A stretch of 64,000 nucleotides of DNA from Octopus sinensis (lineage: Eukaryota). The stretch covers positions 496,001 to 560,000 of the forward strand of contig NC_043004.1 in the NCBI RefSeq assembly GCF_006345805.1, written 5' to 3'. Positions within the stretch are counted from its first letter, which is position 1. Every line of letters starts with the position of its first letter. Below, one piece after another: positions 51,705 through 64,000 of this stretch. A program made the translations under genes and the position numbers. Under the pieces are notes generated by a model that did not search any database, had not been told where the DNA came from, and worked only from the letters and a program-made list of their open reading frames with translations.

Positions 51705-52489
51705 ACATATTCAGTCTGGCTCTTCACTGATGCTGTTCCACATGTGAGCCTGGTGCTTTCTCAATGCTATACTACATGCAACAGCAACATGTGTAGTCCA
51801 GTGCTTCTCCAATGCTGTGCTACATGTGACAGCAACATATCTAGTCTGGCATTTCATTGATGCTGTTCCACATGCAATCTCTTTCCTGATGATGTGCCAC
51901 ATGTAACACACGCAGTCCGGCAATTTGCTGACGTTGTTCCACATGTGACAACAGCGTATCTAGTCCAGCACTTTTCCCATGCTGTACCACATGTATACTG
52001 GCACTTTCCTGATGATCTGTCACGTGACAACAGTATATCTAATCCGGCGCTTTTCCGATGCTGTAATACATGTAATCCGACACTTTCCCAATGCTGTACC
52101 ACATGTGACGGTATCATATATAATCCGGCGCTTCCCCGATGTTGTGTCACATGTGACAACAACTTATCTAGTCCGGCGCTTCTCCGATTCTGTACCACAC
52201 GTGACAGTAAGTCGTGTAATACGGTGCTCTCCCGATGCTGTGCCACATGTGACAGCAACATATGTAGTTCAGCGCTTCACCGATGCTGTACCACATGTGA
52301 CAGCAACATATATAGTTCGGCGCTTCCCCGATGTTGTGTTACATGTGACAGCAACATATCTAGTCTGGCGCTTTTCCGATTCTATACCACATGTGATAGC
52401 AAGTCGCGTAATACGACGCTCTCTCGATGCCGTGCCACATGTGACAGCATCATATGTAGTCCGGCGCTTCACCGATGCTGTACCACATG
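51705..52489. repeat. 48-bp tandem array (~18 units) with a 192-bp higher-order repeat
   Basis: Consensus GCTGTACCACATGTGACAGCAACATATCTAGTCCGGCGCTTYNCCGAT. The 4-unit block is repeated at 52093-52284 and 52285-52476. Confidence 0.9.
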
Positions 52490-52823
52490 ACTATTTTGAC
52501 ACAGTAAAGACAGAATTACCTCCCCTTACTTCAAATATGGTTGCGTACTCTTCGTCTTATTATTGAACCAACTTTAAAACAATAACAACTATTCCAAACC
52601 GTTTCTTTTCCAATCTATCGCACTCATTCCTCCACAATTACTGCTTTTTATCAAAGCTTCATCGTTATTTATTAATTCTAACTTAATTTTTACTTCCCCC
52701 TGTGATTTCCAAGTTCGTATAACGGTGGTTAACGACAACAGTCAACAAGAAAAGCAAACGGGAAAATATTTATATAAAAAAAGAATATATATATATATAA
52801 TATATATATTTATATATAATATA

Positions 52824-52860
<37 letters not shown>

Positions 52861-54700
52861 TATATAAAATATACACACACATATATATATATAATACATC
52901 ACAGAAATTACCCACCTCCAACCAAACAATTACTTTTCAACGCTTGCTGCTCGTTCTTCATATTTTACATCTTACATAAAAGAAAGGAAAAAGAACAATC
53001 TTTAAGGGGTTACTGTGACAACGTGGCCTTGGTCCTCCTGGAATCTATTTGCCACTGACAAAACGACTCAATGCTGGTCGTTGCCACTCGTCGCTGACAT
53101 TTTAATTGCAACACACACACCGACCTATCTTCTCGCTTTTCACAACAACCGATGCTTCTGTATTTATTTAAAAGATATCCTTTAAAACAAACAGACAAAT
53201 AAGCAACGGCAACCGTAACCAAGAGGCTTGGAAATAACCAGAGTTTGGTATTTTCTTACATCAATGGACATCGAGCCGACAAGGAAGGAATATTTCTGAG
53301 TGATGGATGTTTGTTAAATTTCCTTTTCTCAGCGCTGGCTAAGAAAAAGGAAATAGTCTACACGATCCCTCCACTCGACAGGTATCTATCTTTTCTTTTC
53401 TTTCTTCTTTCAATTAAAAAACAACGAAAACATCCCCCAAAGACATTCTTCTTGAATTCCCAAGATGGTTTGATGTCATCATTTTTATGTTTCATATGCA
53501 CGGATGTAAATATACGTTCCTATAGATAAATGGAAAATTGATATTGTAAATTATATATTATTTCTTTATTGCCCACAAGGGGCTAAACATAGAGGGAACA
53601 AACAAGGACAGACAAAGGGATTAAGTCGATTAGATCGACCCCAGTGCGTAACTGGTACTTAATTTATCGACCCCGAAAGGATGAAAGGCAAAGTCGACCT
53701 GGGCGGAATTTGAACTCAGAACGTAACGGCAGACGAAATACCGCTAAGAGTATGGTAAATTATACACACACACATATATATATGGAGATGGACGTGCGTA
53801 TGTATATATACACACACAACTCTACGGATGTATGTATATTTCCTCTGTCTGTGTATGTAAATAAGGTGGATATTTGTATGTTGATGTCCTTTATTCAAGC
53901 GTATATGCAAATATGTTCTTGGAATATGTCTATGGAAGTATGTATTGCTCAGATACAAGCATATTCCAGATCTATGCGTACATGTGTCCGAACTTAATTC
54001 GCGCATATATATATAGAGATAGCTAGATAGATATAGTGTGTGTGTTTATATATTTATATTTTGTATGATGTGTGCGTGCACTCCTATGAGGGAAATCAGT
54101 GTAAAATCCGCTGTGTTTTTCCTCTCCAGACAATATTTTCCGCAACTAATTGTTTCACTACGTAGACTCAAGTACTTATATCTATCTATCTATCTATCTA
54201 TCTAACTATCTGTCTATCTACCTATCTCTCTCTCTTTCTCTATCTATCTATCTAAATGCTTATCGAGGCATAACTACTCAAGTGCGTCCCTATATATCTG
54301 TACACACACACACACACTTGGTCATCGTTTGAAGATTTAATTAAATGTTTAACGTATTTATTATCTGACAACTCATTGAAATTAATGAAAATTATTGTAT
54401 AAAAAATTGTAAAATATTGAGAAGGTACTTTCACCCCTCTAATTAGTGCTAAGGGCCTGGGAGTTTTGACCCTTAAAGTTAAACTCCCTTCAAGTCCTAA
54501 TGTCTTAATTTCTTTATAGATTTTTGTTTATTGGTTTTTAAAAAAAGATCGCTGAGATATGCTGTTTGTCTGTTGTAAGTTTTGCGGTTTTATAATGATG
54601 TCAAATGATAAATCTGTTGTTACAGGCGAACAACGCATTTTTATAAAGAATGTTCGCGTAATTTAGTTCACATGTTTATTTCAGTGTCAGTGCGCGCACG

Positions 54701-54734
<34 letters not shown>

Positions 54735-54772
54735 GTATGTGTGTGAGTGTATCTCGGGTGGGTCATTATGCC

Positions 54773-54811
<39 letters not shown>

Positions 54812-54991
54812 GTGTTTAGCTATCTATAAAATCTATCTACCATTCCGCCCTCTTTTGGATCCGTTTATCGTTTTTCTTTCCAATGACCTTAGAAGATGGT
54901 GTTTATTAAATTACACAGGTGTTTAATTAAAACATTTTCCATATTTAAGATTTCATATCCTATTCTTCATGTTTATCCATCTCTAAAGTGC

Positions 54992-55039
<48 letters not shown>

Positions 55040-56169
55040 TACGTATTTGACACGATGGTGGCAGTGGTAGTTATTAGCTGCAGGAACTGGACTTATAACA
55101 ACAAGTATTTTATATTTTGTGTTGATACTTAAACGATGGCCATACAGTGTTTAAATATCAAGCTATGTGAGCCGAAGAAATGGATATTTATGCCCAACTC
55201 ATCAGCTGATCCTTGTAGTATTGTAACCCTAAGCTTGTATGGCGTGCGAGTGAATTGACCTGGACAAGCTAACAAAGAACCTTTATGTGGTCACTCGACT
55301 TGCTAGAAATAGCAGCTAACGGGTTCTACTTCCTTAAAAAGGACGTATTAAATAATGTAGCTCTGCATACTAAATGGACAGATTGGTCACGGTTGGCAGT
55401 CTTTTAATTATAGGTTTGCTTGATCAGACAGTGGCGAAAGTAAAGAATATGTACATAGGGTGGTTAGGGTTTTTGTCACGCCGAAAACGGGTGGTGTACG
55501 TATTGTTTACCTCCGCCCAGACTGCAGCAAATATTGGATTACCAGTTCATAGGTGTTGATTAAACCTTGGTTAAATCTAAATGGTATCCGTTCGTATATC
55601 TGGAAAGTAAAGGTTGATTGTTATATGCATGTTTCCCAAGTTGTCGCGTATGCGGACCTGATATATCCTGAAATGTGAGCTGAAATTGTCACACATCCTA
55701 GCCACGGGCAGATTTATCTCTCCTTCGCTTGGTGTTGTGAATTATGGCCATCACCATTTAACGTCCATGTTCCATGCTGGCATGTGTTGGACGGTTCGAT
55801 AGGTGCTGCTGGTAAACCAGAAGGATGCACCAAACACCAGTGCCTGCTTTGACATGCTTTCTACAGCTTAATAGCTCTTCCTAACGTCAACCACTTTACA
55901 GAGTGTATTGGGTGCTTTCTACGTGATAGCTGCACCTGTGTGGTCTCCAAGTATCTTGTAAGGCAAGATCCTCTCATCTGCGCAAGGAGTTCTATTGAAG
56001 CCAAAACAAAACAGCTCTTATGAAATAAGATTCTCATATACCGTATTTTAACGTGTATAAGGAGGGTTAATTTGGAAAACGGTTTTGTAAGGGATTATAA
56101 TACTATCCATTTATAAGAAACTCCTATATTTTTTTAACCTAATTTAAAAAAAAAAGGGTTCCTTATAAA

Positions 56170-56578
56170 GGCGCAGGAGTGGCTGTGTGGTAAGTAGCTT
56201 GCTTACCAACCACATGGTTCTGGGTTCAGTTCCACTGTGTGGCACCTTGGGGAAGTGTCTTCTACTGTAGCCTCTGGCCGACCAAAGCCTTGTGAGTGGA
56301 TTTGGTAGACAGAAACTGAAAGAAGCCCGTCGTATATATGTGTATATCTATCTATCTATCTATATATATATTTATATGTGTGTGTGTGTCCCCCCGAAAT
56401 CGCTTGACAACTGATGCTGGTGTGTTTACATACCCGTAACTTAGTAGTTCAGCAAAAGAGACCGATAGAATAAGTACTAGGCTTACAAAGAATAAGTCCT
56501 GGGGGCGATTTGCTCAGCTAAAGGTGGTGCTCCATCATGGCCGCAGTCAAATGACTGAAACAAGTAAAAGAGTAAAGA
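56170..56578 (+). mobile_element. CORE-type tRNA SINE, best-preserved copy
   Basis: Head GGCGCAGGAGTGGCTGTGTGGTAAG (A box), GGGTTCAGTTCC (B box), CORE-like GGCACCTTGGG.AAGTGTCTT, central microsatellite and tail CAAGTAAAAGAGTAAAGAG. Confidence 0.88.
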
Positions 56579-58009
56579 GATAGTATGCACGTTAGAATAT
56601 GGTATATAAACTGAGGAATGGAATCTTGCAGTTAAATCTGACTTTTAAGGACCCTGCATGACATCCGCGTTCACATAGCTCTCTCCTGGAATACTACAGA
56701 AGTGACTCAGTAGTTTCTTAGTTTTTCTTCCACCAGACTTGGAGTTTACAGCTAGGCAGACTGAGCCATTTTGCAAGTTCAGTGTGATGCTGTTGCAAAA
56801 CTGTGCCATGAATGGGACAATAATCACAGGTTTCTTGGTTGGATTGCCATTACTCTATCCATTTGGACATTTGAATGTTTGGTCTATTTTCCTGTCAACT
56901 AATTTTCACTCACAATATTTAAACAAACCTTTACAAAGGCACAGGAGTGGCTATGTGGTAAGTAGCTTGCTTTCCAACCACATGGTTCTGGGTTCAGTGT
57001 CACTGTGTGGCACCTTGGGCAAGTGTCTTCTACTATAGCCTTGGGCTGACCACAAAATCGAAATCGCTCAAAAATCAATGGAAATTGTAGTTGTGATACC
57101 AGTGCCGGTGGCACGTAAAAGAACCATCCGAACGTGGCTGTTGCCAGCGCTGCCTCGACTGGCCTGTGTCCCAGTGGCATGTAAAAAGCACCCACTACAC
57201 TCATGGAGTGGTTGGCATTAGGAAGGGCATCCAGCTGTAGAAACACTGCTAGATCAGACTGGGCCTGGTGCAGCCTCCTGGCTTCCCAGACCCCAGTCGA
57301 ACCGTCCAACCCATGCTAGCATGGAAAGCAGACGTTAAACAATGATGATGATGAAACTGAAAGAATCCTGTTGTATGTGTGTGTGTGGTGTGTGTGTGTC
57401 TGTGTTTGTCCCTCACATTATCGCTTGACAACTGATGTTGGTGTGTCTAATTCCCTGTAACTTAGCAGTTCGGTAAGAGAGACCGATAGAATAAGTACTA
57501 GGCTTACAAAGTATAAGTCCTGGGGTCGATTTGTTTGACTAAAAGTGGCTGCTGTCAAATGACTGAAACAAATAAAAGAATAAAATGCATGTGGTTGGTT
57601 AAAACATGCTGTGATGTAACATGATATTTATTTTGTCAGTACTCTAATGAATGAAAAGTGAGGTCACATGGCTTAGTGGTTAGGGCATGCAGTTTATGAT
57701 CGTAATGTTGTGAGTTCAATTCCTGGCAGCATGTTGTGTCCTTGAGCAAGACACTTTATTTTGCATTGCTCCTGTCCTCTCAGTTGGGAAATATGTGTTG
57801 TAGGGGTAGTTCACAGAGCCAGCCTTGTTATATTCTGTCACACTGAATCTCCCTGAGAACTATGTTAAGGATACGTGTGTCTATGGAGTACTCAGCCACT
57901 TGTATGTTGATTTCATGAGCAAGAAACACTTGTTGTTGTAATGGATGGAGTGCCAGATTAATAAAATCCTAAGAAGTGGTAAACACAGAATTGAGAACAT
58001 GAGAGCCTC

Positions 58010-58286
58010 ATAAGTAGGAGTTGGAACAAAAATCTGACTCCATCTCTGACTCCTGTACTATTGGCACCCCTGACTCTGACTCTGACTCCTCTTTATGTAA
58101 TTAAGTGATTGTGGTCTACATATCTCATAAAGCATATGCATACACTTGTACTTCGGGTAGGCCTATATGTTATAACTGGTTTATATTAAAGAATAAAGAC
58201 ATTAAAAGTTGGATTCGGTATAGTTTTACCGACTCCGACTCTAGTAACCCCACTTAATTGTTTCTGATTCTGACTCCACAGCCCTG
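58010..58286 (-). mobile_element. Second, inverted copy of the same hAT MITE family
   Basis: Reverse complement of the 13196-13455 interior (TTTATGTAATTAAGTGATTGTGGTCTACATATCTCATAAAGCA) and ends in GACTCCACAGCCCTG. Left end degraded. Confidence 0.7.
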
Positions 58287-59237
58287 GTTGTAAATGAGCA
58301 TCATCATTGTCATCACCATCATCATACAAGCGAGGTTGTTTGTTACCTGTCTTCCATGAAAACCATGTCTGGTCATGGGGAAACCTTGCCTCCGTCGGAA
58401 ACAAGTAAGGGTTGGTGGCAGGAAAGGTAACTCGCCACAGAAACTGTGCTTTTGACAAAGTCATCTGACCCATGCGAGCATGGAAAAGTGGAAGTTAAAC
58501 CAATGATTTTGATGGTGATGATGATAATGATGTTTGTATATATATCCGACACATGAAGATCATTAGATACTTTACAGAACAAAACACAGTGTTGCTCAAA
58601 AAGCAAAAAAAAAAAAAAAAAAAAGGAAAAGAAAGTCAAACAGTCAGCTGGATGCTAATACTTGAGTACCATATCAAACACATCTCGAAAACATAGGGTG
58701 TGGTTGACATTTTAAAATTCATTTGTTGATCGAAGGAAACGGAATGATATTATAACCGTTACTTTTGCAAGTTATGGCTGTCATCGACTGCCGTTCTCTG
58801 AATTTAAAGGTTATCTTTCACCATTAGTGAGAAGATCCAGTTTAGCTCTGCTTCACTAGGCTTACGAGATAGATAAGATGGTCGTCTCTCGAGGAAACAT
58901 TTAGAAATGACTCAGAAACAGGGCAACGAGGGGGGTAGTTTGCAGCGCTGGTTATCTGTGGCCTTCTGCTTGTTTCACTCACTGGAAGGTGGCCATGCTG
59001 GGACACTGCTCTGAAGGGATTTAGTGGAACAAACGAACCACAGTATTTAGCTATTGCTTTTTTTTTTTGTTCATAAAGTCTGGTACTTATTCTATCAGTC
59101 TCTTTTGCTGAACTGCTAAATCACAGGGACATAAACAAACTGACAGTGGTTGTGAAGCAGTGGATGAGACAAACTTAAAAGCATATATACATCATATCTG
59201 TTTCGCTCTCTTTCTCTCTCTCCCTCTCTCTCTCTCC

Positions 59238-59274
<37 letters not shown>

Positions 59275-60554
59275 TATGTAATCAAAATAAGCAATGGGAT
59301 ATCCAGAGGTAATGCAATACAATCATTTCAAGCAACTCCATTTAATTGAACAATGCAACCATTACATTAATTTAAATGCAGAGCAATCCTCAGTTGCATA
59401 ATGACAGAATTAAATTAAATTAAAACAGATGGACACATAAGTATAATTTTGCCTAACACCTCCAAGAAGGTAAGGAGATAGACAAAGAACATGCTGTCTT
59501 CACTTCATCTTAGAAGCTGCAAAGGTATCAAGAAGAAAGACTTCTTGAGATCTAGCTTGTCATTGTTTTTTGGGGTCAGTTTTAATTTATAGTCTTATTT
59601 ATCAAATCTTTGTATATCAAAAAACCAGCGTTGGTGTGTTTATGTCCCCGTAACTTTGTGGTTTGCCAAAAGACAGTGATAGAATAAGTATTAGCCTTGC
59701 AAAGAATAAATCCTGGGGGGGTTGATTTGTTTGACTAAAGGCGATGCTCCAGCATGGCTACAGTCAAATGACTGAAACAAATAAAAGAATATATATATAT
59801 ATATATATATATATTGTCATCATCATCAATGTCTGTTTTCCATGCTGGCATGGGTTGGACAGCTTGACAGGAACTGGTAAAGTCAGGGATCACACCAGGT
59901 CCCATAGCCTGGTTTCTACAGCTGGATGCCTTCCTAATTCCAACAACTTTACAGAGTGTATTGGGTGTGCTTTTTACATGGCACCATCACCAGTGGCACT
60001 TTGATTTTAGGATATCAGTTCTGTTGTGGTGGATGGATCTTCTTGAGTACTGCACGGGGCCACATATCTCAGTCCTCTGTCGTCTTTCTAAGGCCTAGCG
60101 TCTTGAGATCAGCCTTCAGTACTTTGTCCCATATCTTCCTGGGTCTCCCTCTTCCCCGATTTCCTTCCACTTTAAGTGATATACATATGTGTATTTATGG
60201 AGGTCCATCATCTTCCACAATAGCCCTGGTCAGCCCAGAGCTATCTTAGAAGACATTTCCCTAAGGTGCCACGTAATGGGACTGAACCTGAAACCACAGC
60301 CTACATAATGGAGATGAATAAAAAAATTATTACTGATACACTTTATTTGGAAAGTTAAAGGAAAAAAACAGAGGAAAACTGTTTTTTATTTTGTTTTAAT
60401 TGTCGTACATGTGTGTAACAAATTCACGAATAACATGCTCTTGATTGTGTTCAGACATTATTATATCTTTTGTGAGGCCTTAAATCCTCCATCCATCCAT
60501 CCATCTCTACCCACTATTCCTGCGAAGTAGAGTCCTCGAGAACTTCTTCTACAG

Positions 60555-60891
60555 CAGGGGTTCTTAACCATTTTTTTTATCTATGGACCCCTTTGATTAC
60601 TGTTTTATTCTAGTGGATCCCCATAGCAATTCGATGTTTAAAAACTAGTCTTATAGAAACTTCTTTTGAAATTCCTATTTTAATTTTCACACAGATTGAA
60701 TTATGTAAAATGTTAGAGAAAGAAACCCAGCTGTTTCTTGCAATACATACCAGTACATACAGCTAAAGCAAAAGTTTTTAAGGGGCCCTCAAAAAACTGT
60801 TGAGGATTCACAAATTACTATTTTGTTGTGTGGTCCCCCAAAACTTATATAGACCCTCAGGGACTGTATGGACTCCAGTTGAGAACCACTG
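60555..60891. mobile_element. hAT/Charlie-like MITE
   Basis: Termini CAGGGGTTCTTAAC / GTTGAGAACCACTG. TSD only 5/8 matching. A related fragment lies at 40495-40580. Confidence 0.6.
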
Positions 60892-61479
60892 CTCTGTAGG
60901 GTCTTTTTGAAGCAACAATTATTACACTTTCTGGTTGGATTCAAGCATTACCATCTAGTTCTTGGTGTATCTTTAGGTCTCCTGTTGGTTGGCTCAGCTT
61001 GAAGAATCTGTCCTGTTGTTCTTTCCTGTGACATTCTAACCACATGTCCTTTGTACTGGAGCTGTGCCCTCGCAATGCCTTGAATTACATTAAAAAAAAG
61101 TAAAACTACACAGAGCACCTAAATACCTCTTAAGGGGCACCAGTGTGCCACGGTATGCTGTTTGAGAATTATTGATCCATGATTGATTGAACCTAATTTT
61201 TATTGGGCTTTTTGCCAAAGATCTTTGCCTGTGTCATCAGTAGCTGATAGGGATGATCTATAGTCAAGAATGAGCTTATTCAGCTCTCATAGTGTGAAAT
61301 GTTGCTCATATGTTTAGCCCCGTGTCAGTGCTGACTGAGAAGACTTTTGATCAAAGGCATTCAATCCATGATCACCCAATCTTTGTTGTGTTTTTAGGAC
61401 TACATTGTCTAATGTGTCTTCTGGTTTTTTTTATTTGTATTTACATTTCTTTTGAAAGATAGTAGGTATTCTTTGGGGG

Positions 61480-61790
61480 AAATGTAGCTGCTATATCTAG
61501 CCGGTCATGTGACGATGTAGAGACTCCCTCATTGGTTTACAGTGTTAAATGCAGTTGCTATTTCTAGCACTCAATGTGACTGTGATTACGTAGAGGCCCC
61601 TTCATTGGCTTATTATATTAAATGTAGCTGCTATTTCTAGCAGGTCATGTGACTATGTAGAGACTCCCTCACTGGTTTACAGTGTTAAATGCAGTTGCTA
61701 TTTCTAGCACTCTGTGTGACTGTGATTACGTAGAGGCCCCTTCATTGGCTTATTATATTAAATGTAGCTGCTATTTCTAGCAGGTCGTGT
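61480..61790. repeat. 140-bp dimeric tandem repeat, about 2.2 copies
   Basis: AATGTAGCTGCTA at 61481, 61621 and 61761. Each period has two related subunits beginning AAATGYAGYTGCTATTTCTAGC. Confidence 0.85.
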
Positions 61791-64000
61791 GAGCCTAAAA
61801 AAGGCCTCATTATTGGTTTATAGCATTTAATAAGCCTCAAACACAGTCCTGATTAGGAAGGGTGTTTGTTTTATCTACAGATACTGATTTCACTAATGAC
61901 AAGAGGAGGGGTAGGGGTGGGGGGTGGATTCAGACTAAGTAAATGTTCAAAGTTGATGAAGCACTAATTAATATAATTATCAACCCTGTATGTGTTATAA
62001 TTAAACACTTGACAATTCTGCAGTCATACATTATACTTTAAACAAATGGTTTCTTTTTATGTTTGTTTTTTTTTTAATCTTCACATTCATCCATTTTTAA
62101 ATGCTTCCAGGAACCGTTTTTCCATATGAGAAGAGGATTTTAATTCCTCCCTTCACTCTTCTTCATTTCTGGAGAAAGGGAAAACTGCAAGTGTCCCCTT
62201 ATGACTTTTCTGACATTGCAAAACTTCTGATTCTGGGAACAAAAAAAAAAAAAGCAAGGGAGAAAGTGATTTGAGCCTTGCCTTGTACTTTAAATGATGA
62301 GTGGACATTAAATGATGAGGATGCTGATGATGAAGGATGAAAATGAAAGTTGACCAAGCAGGGTTTGAACTCTGATCACAGAGAGCTTGAATAAATACTA
62401 GAAGGCATTCTAGTTGATGCCCTAATAATTTTGTCAGCTGCCCCTTATAATGCATTACTATCCTTAGTGAGTCTTGAACTTACAATCTCTGTATTTCTAC
62501 CAATATCTTCTATCTTTTACTTGCTTCAGTCATTAGACTGTGGCCATGCTGGGGCACCGCTTTGAAGAATTTCAGTTGAACGAATCGACCCCAGTACTTA
62601 TTCTTTTTAAGCCTGATGCTTATTCTATCAGTCTCTTGTGCCAAACTGTTAAGTTACAGGGATGTAAACACACTAATGCCGGTTGGCAAGCAGTGGTGCA
62701 GGACAAACACAGACACACAAAGATATATACACACATACATATGACAGGCTTCTTTCAGTTTCCATCTACCAAATCCATTTGCAAGACTTTGGTCGACCTG
62801 AGGCTATTGTAGAAGGCACTTGCCCAAGGTGTCATGCAGTGAGACTGAACCCAGAACCATGTGGGTGGTAAGCAAGCTACTTAACACACAGCCACTCATG
62901 CGCCTATGTTTGCATATTATTTATAATTTTCCAGTTTCTGTAAGAAACACTACAGTAGAAGACAAGGTGCCATGTGGTGGGACTGAACCTGGAACCATGT
63001 GGTTGGGAAGCAAGCTTCTTACCACACAGCCACGTTGGAAAAAAAAAACACAAGGACTGCACTGTGTATAAGTATGGACCAGACCTTCATTTGGAGATAT
63101 TAATGAATTGTAACCTCTTTCATAGCCGGGTGGGGACGAGAAATAGAGATTTAATTATGTTTGTCTGTAACAGAGGGAAATATTGGTGATAGGAAGTGAA
63201 TCATTGACATTTCACTCAGCTGTAGACACTCTCACTTCAACTAACGGATGACTTGTGGCTTTTTCTCATCCAGGTCATCTAACCATAAAATACTGCTAGA
63301 AATAACAGCCATATTTCCATTAAATCACACTTGAAAGATCTTCAAAATGATGATATATAAGACTGTATTTGATATGATATCTCAGATTACATTAGTTGAT
63401 ATATTGTCATCATCATCATTTAACATTTGTTTTTCATGCTAGCATATAGGTGCAGGTGTAGCCGCATGGTAAGAAACTTGCTTTCCAACCACACGGTTCT
63501 CGGTTCAGTCCCATTGTGTGGCACCTTGGGCAAGAGTCTTTTACTGTAACCTCAGACCAACCAAAGCCTTGTGGAATGCGTTTGGTAGACGGAAACTGAA
63601 AGAAGGTTGTCGTGTGTGTGTGAGTCTATGTTTGTCCCCCCCCTCCACTAGAGACCTGGTGTTGGTGTGTTTATGTCCCTGTAACAATAGCGGTTCAGCA
63701 AATGAGATAACTACCAGGCTTGACAAAAAATTAGAAAAATAAATATCGGGCTTGATTCGTGTAACTAAAAATTCTTCAAGTCAGTGCTCCAGCATGGCCA
63801 CAGTCTAATGACTGAAACAAGTAAAAGATAAAAGATATGAGGCTTGAATGACTGTCCGGATAGTCATAGTCGGATTGCTTGAAATAGCAGTCAAATTGCC
63901 TTTAAATCATACCATTCCATCTTAAACCGTTCCATCCATGCCAGTATGGAAAGTGGACGATAAATGATGTTGATGATGATGATGATGATGTATGATTAAA

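Noticed and set aside
56170-56245. tRNA-like A/B boxes
   Set aside because: These are SINE heads: no complete cloverleaf, and they continue into the SINE body. No true tRNA or rRNA gene was seen in the window.

Overview
AT-rich eukaryotic DNA, dense in microsatellites and SINEs. The repeat families look like those of an octopod cephalopod (inference from recognised repeat types, not a database search). One intact host gene is present: a 7-exon, 303-aa LDLRAP1/ARH orthologue (PTB-domain clathrin adaptor) on the + strand at 1962-15304. All six introns are GT-AG with consistent phases. Its 8-kb first intron holds what looks like a decayed, spliced antisense gene (~6.3-9.2 kb). From ~20 kb onward no host exon could be identified with confidence. 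That part is a mosaic of CORE-type and Nin-type tRNA SINEs, a 5'-truncated RTE LINE with an intact ORF, a PHD finger and a 10-bp TSD, many short RTE 3'-tail copies, mariner and Tc1 (DD37E-spaced) remnants, hAT MITEs, a non-autonomous Helitron, R4/Dong-like and CR1-like LINE fragments, and simple repeats. The most unusual observations are: three copies of a repeat carrying a minimal type I hammerhead-ribozyme architecture; a fold-back mariner made of two 3' ends; perfect hairpins next to (TA)n tracts; a phased 184-bp SINE concatemer; and a 48-bp array with a 4-unit higher-order repeat and open reading frames. No rRNA, true tRNA gene or CRISPR array was found.
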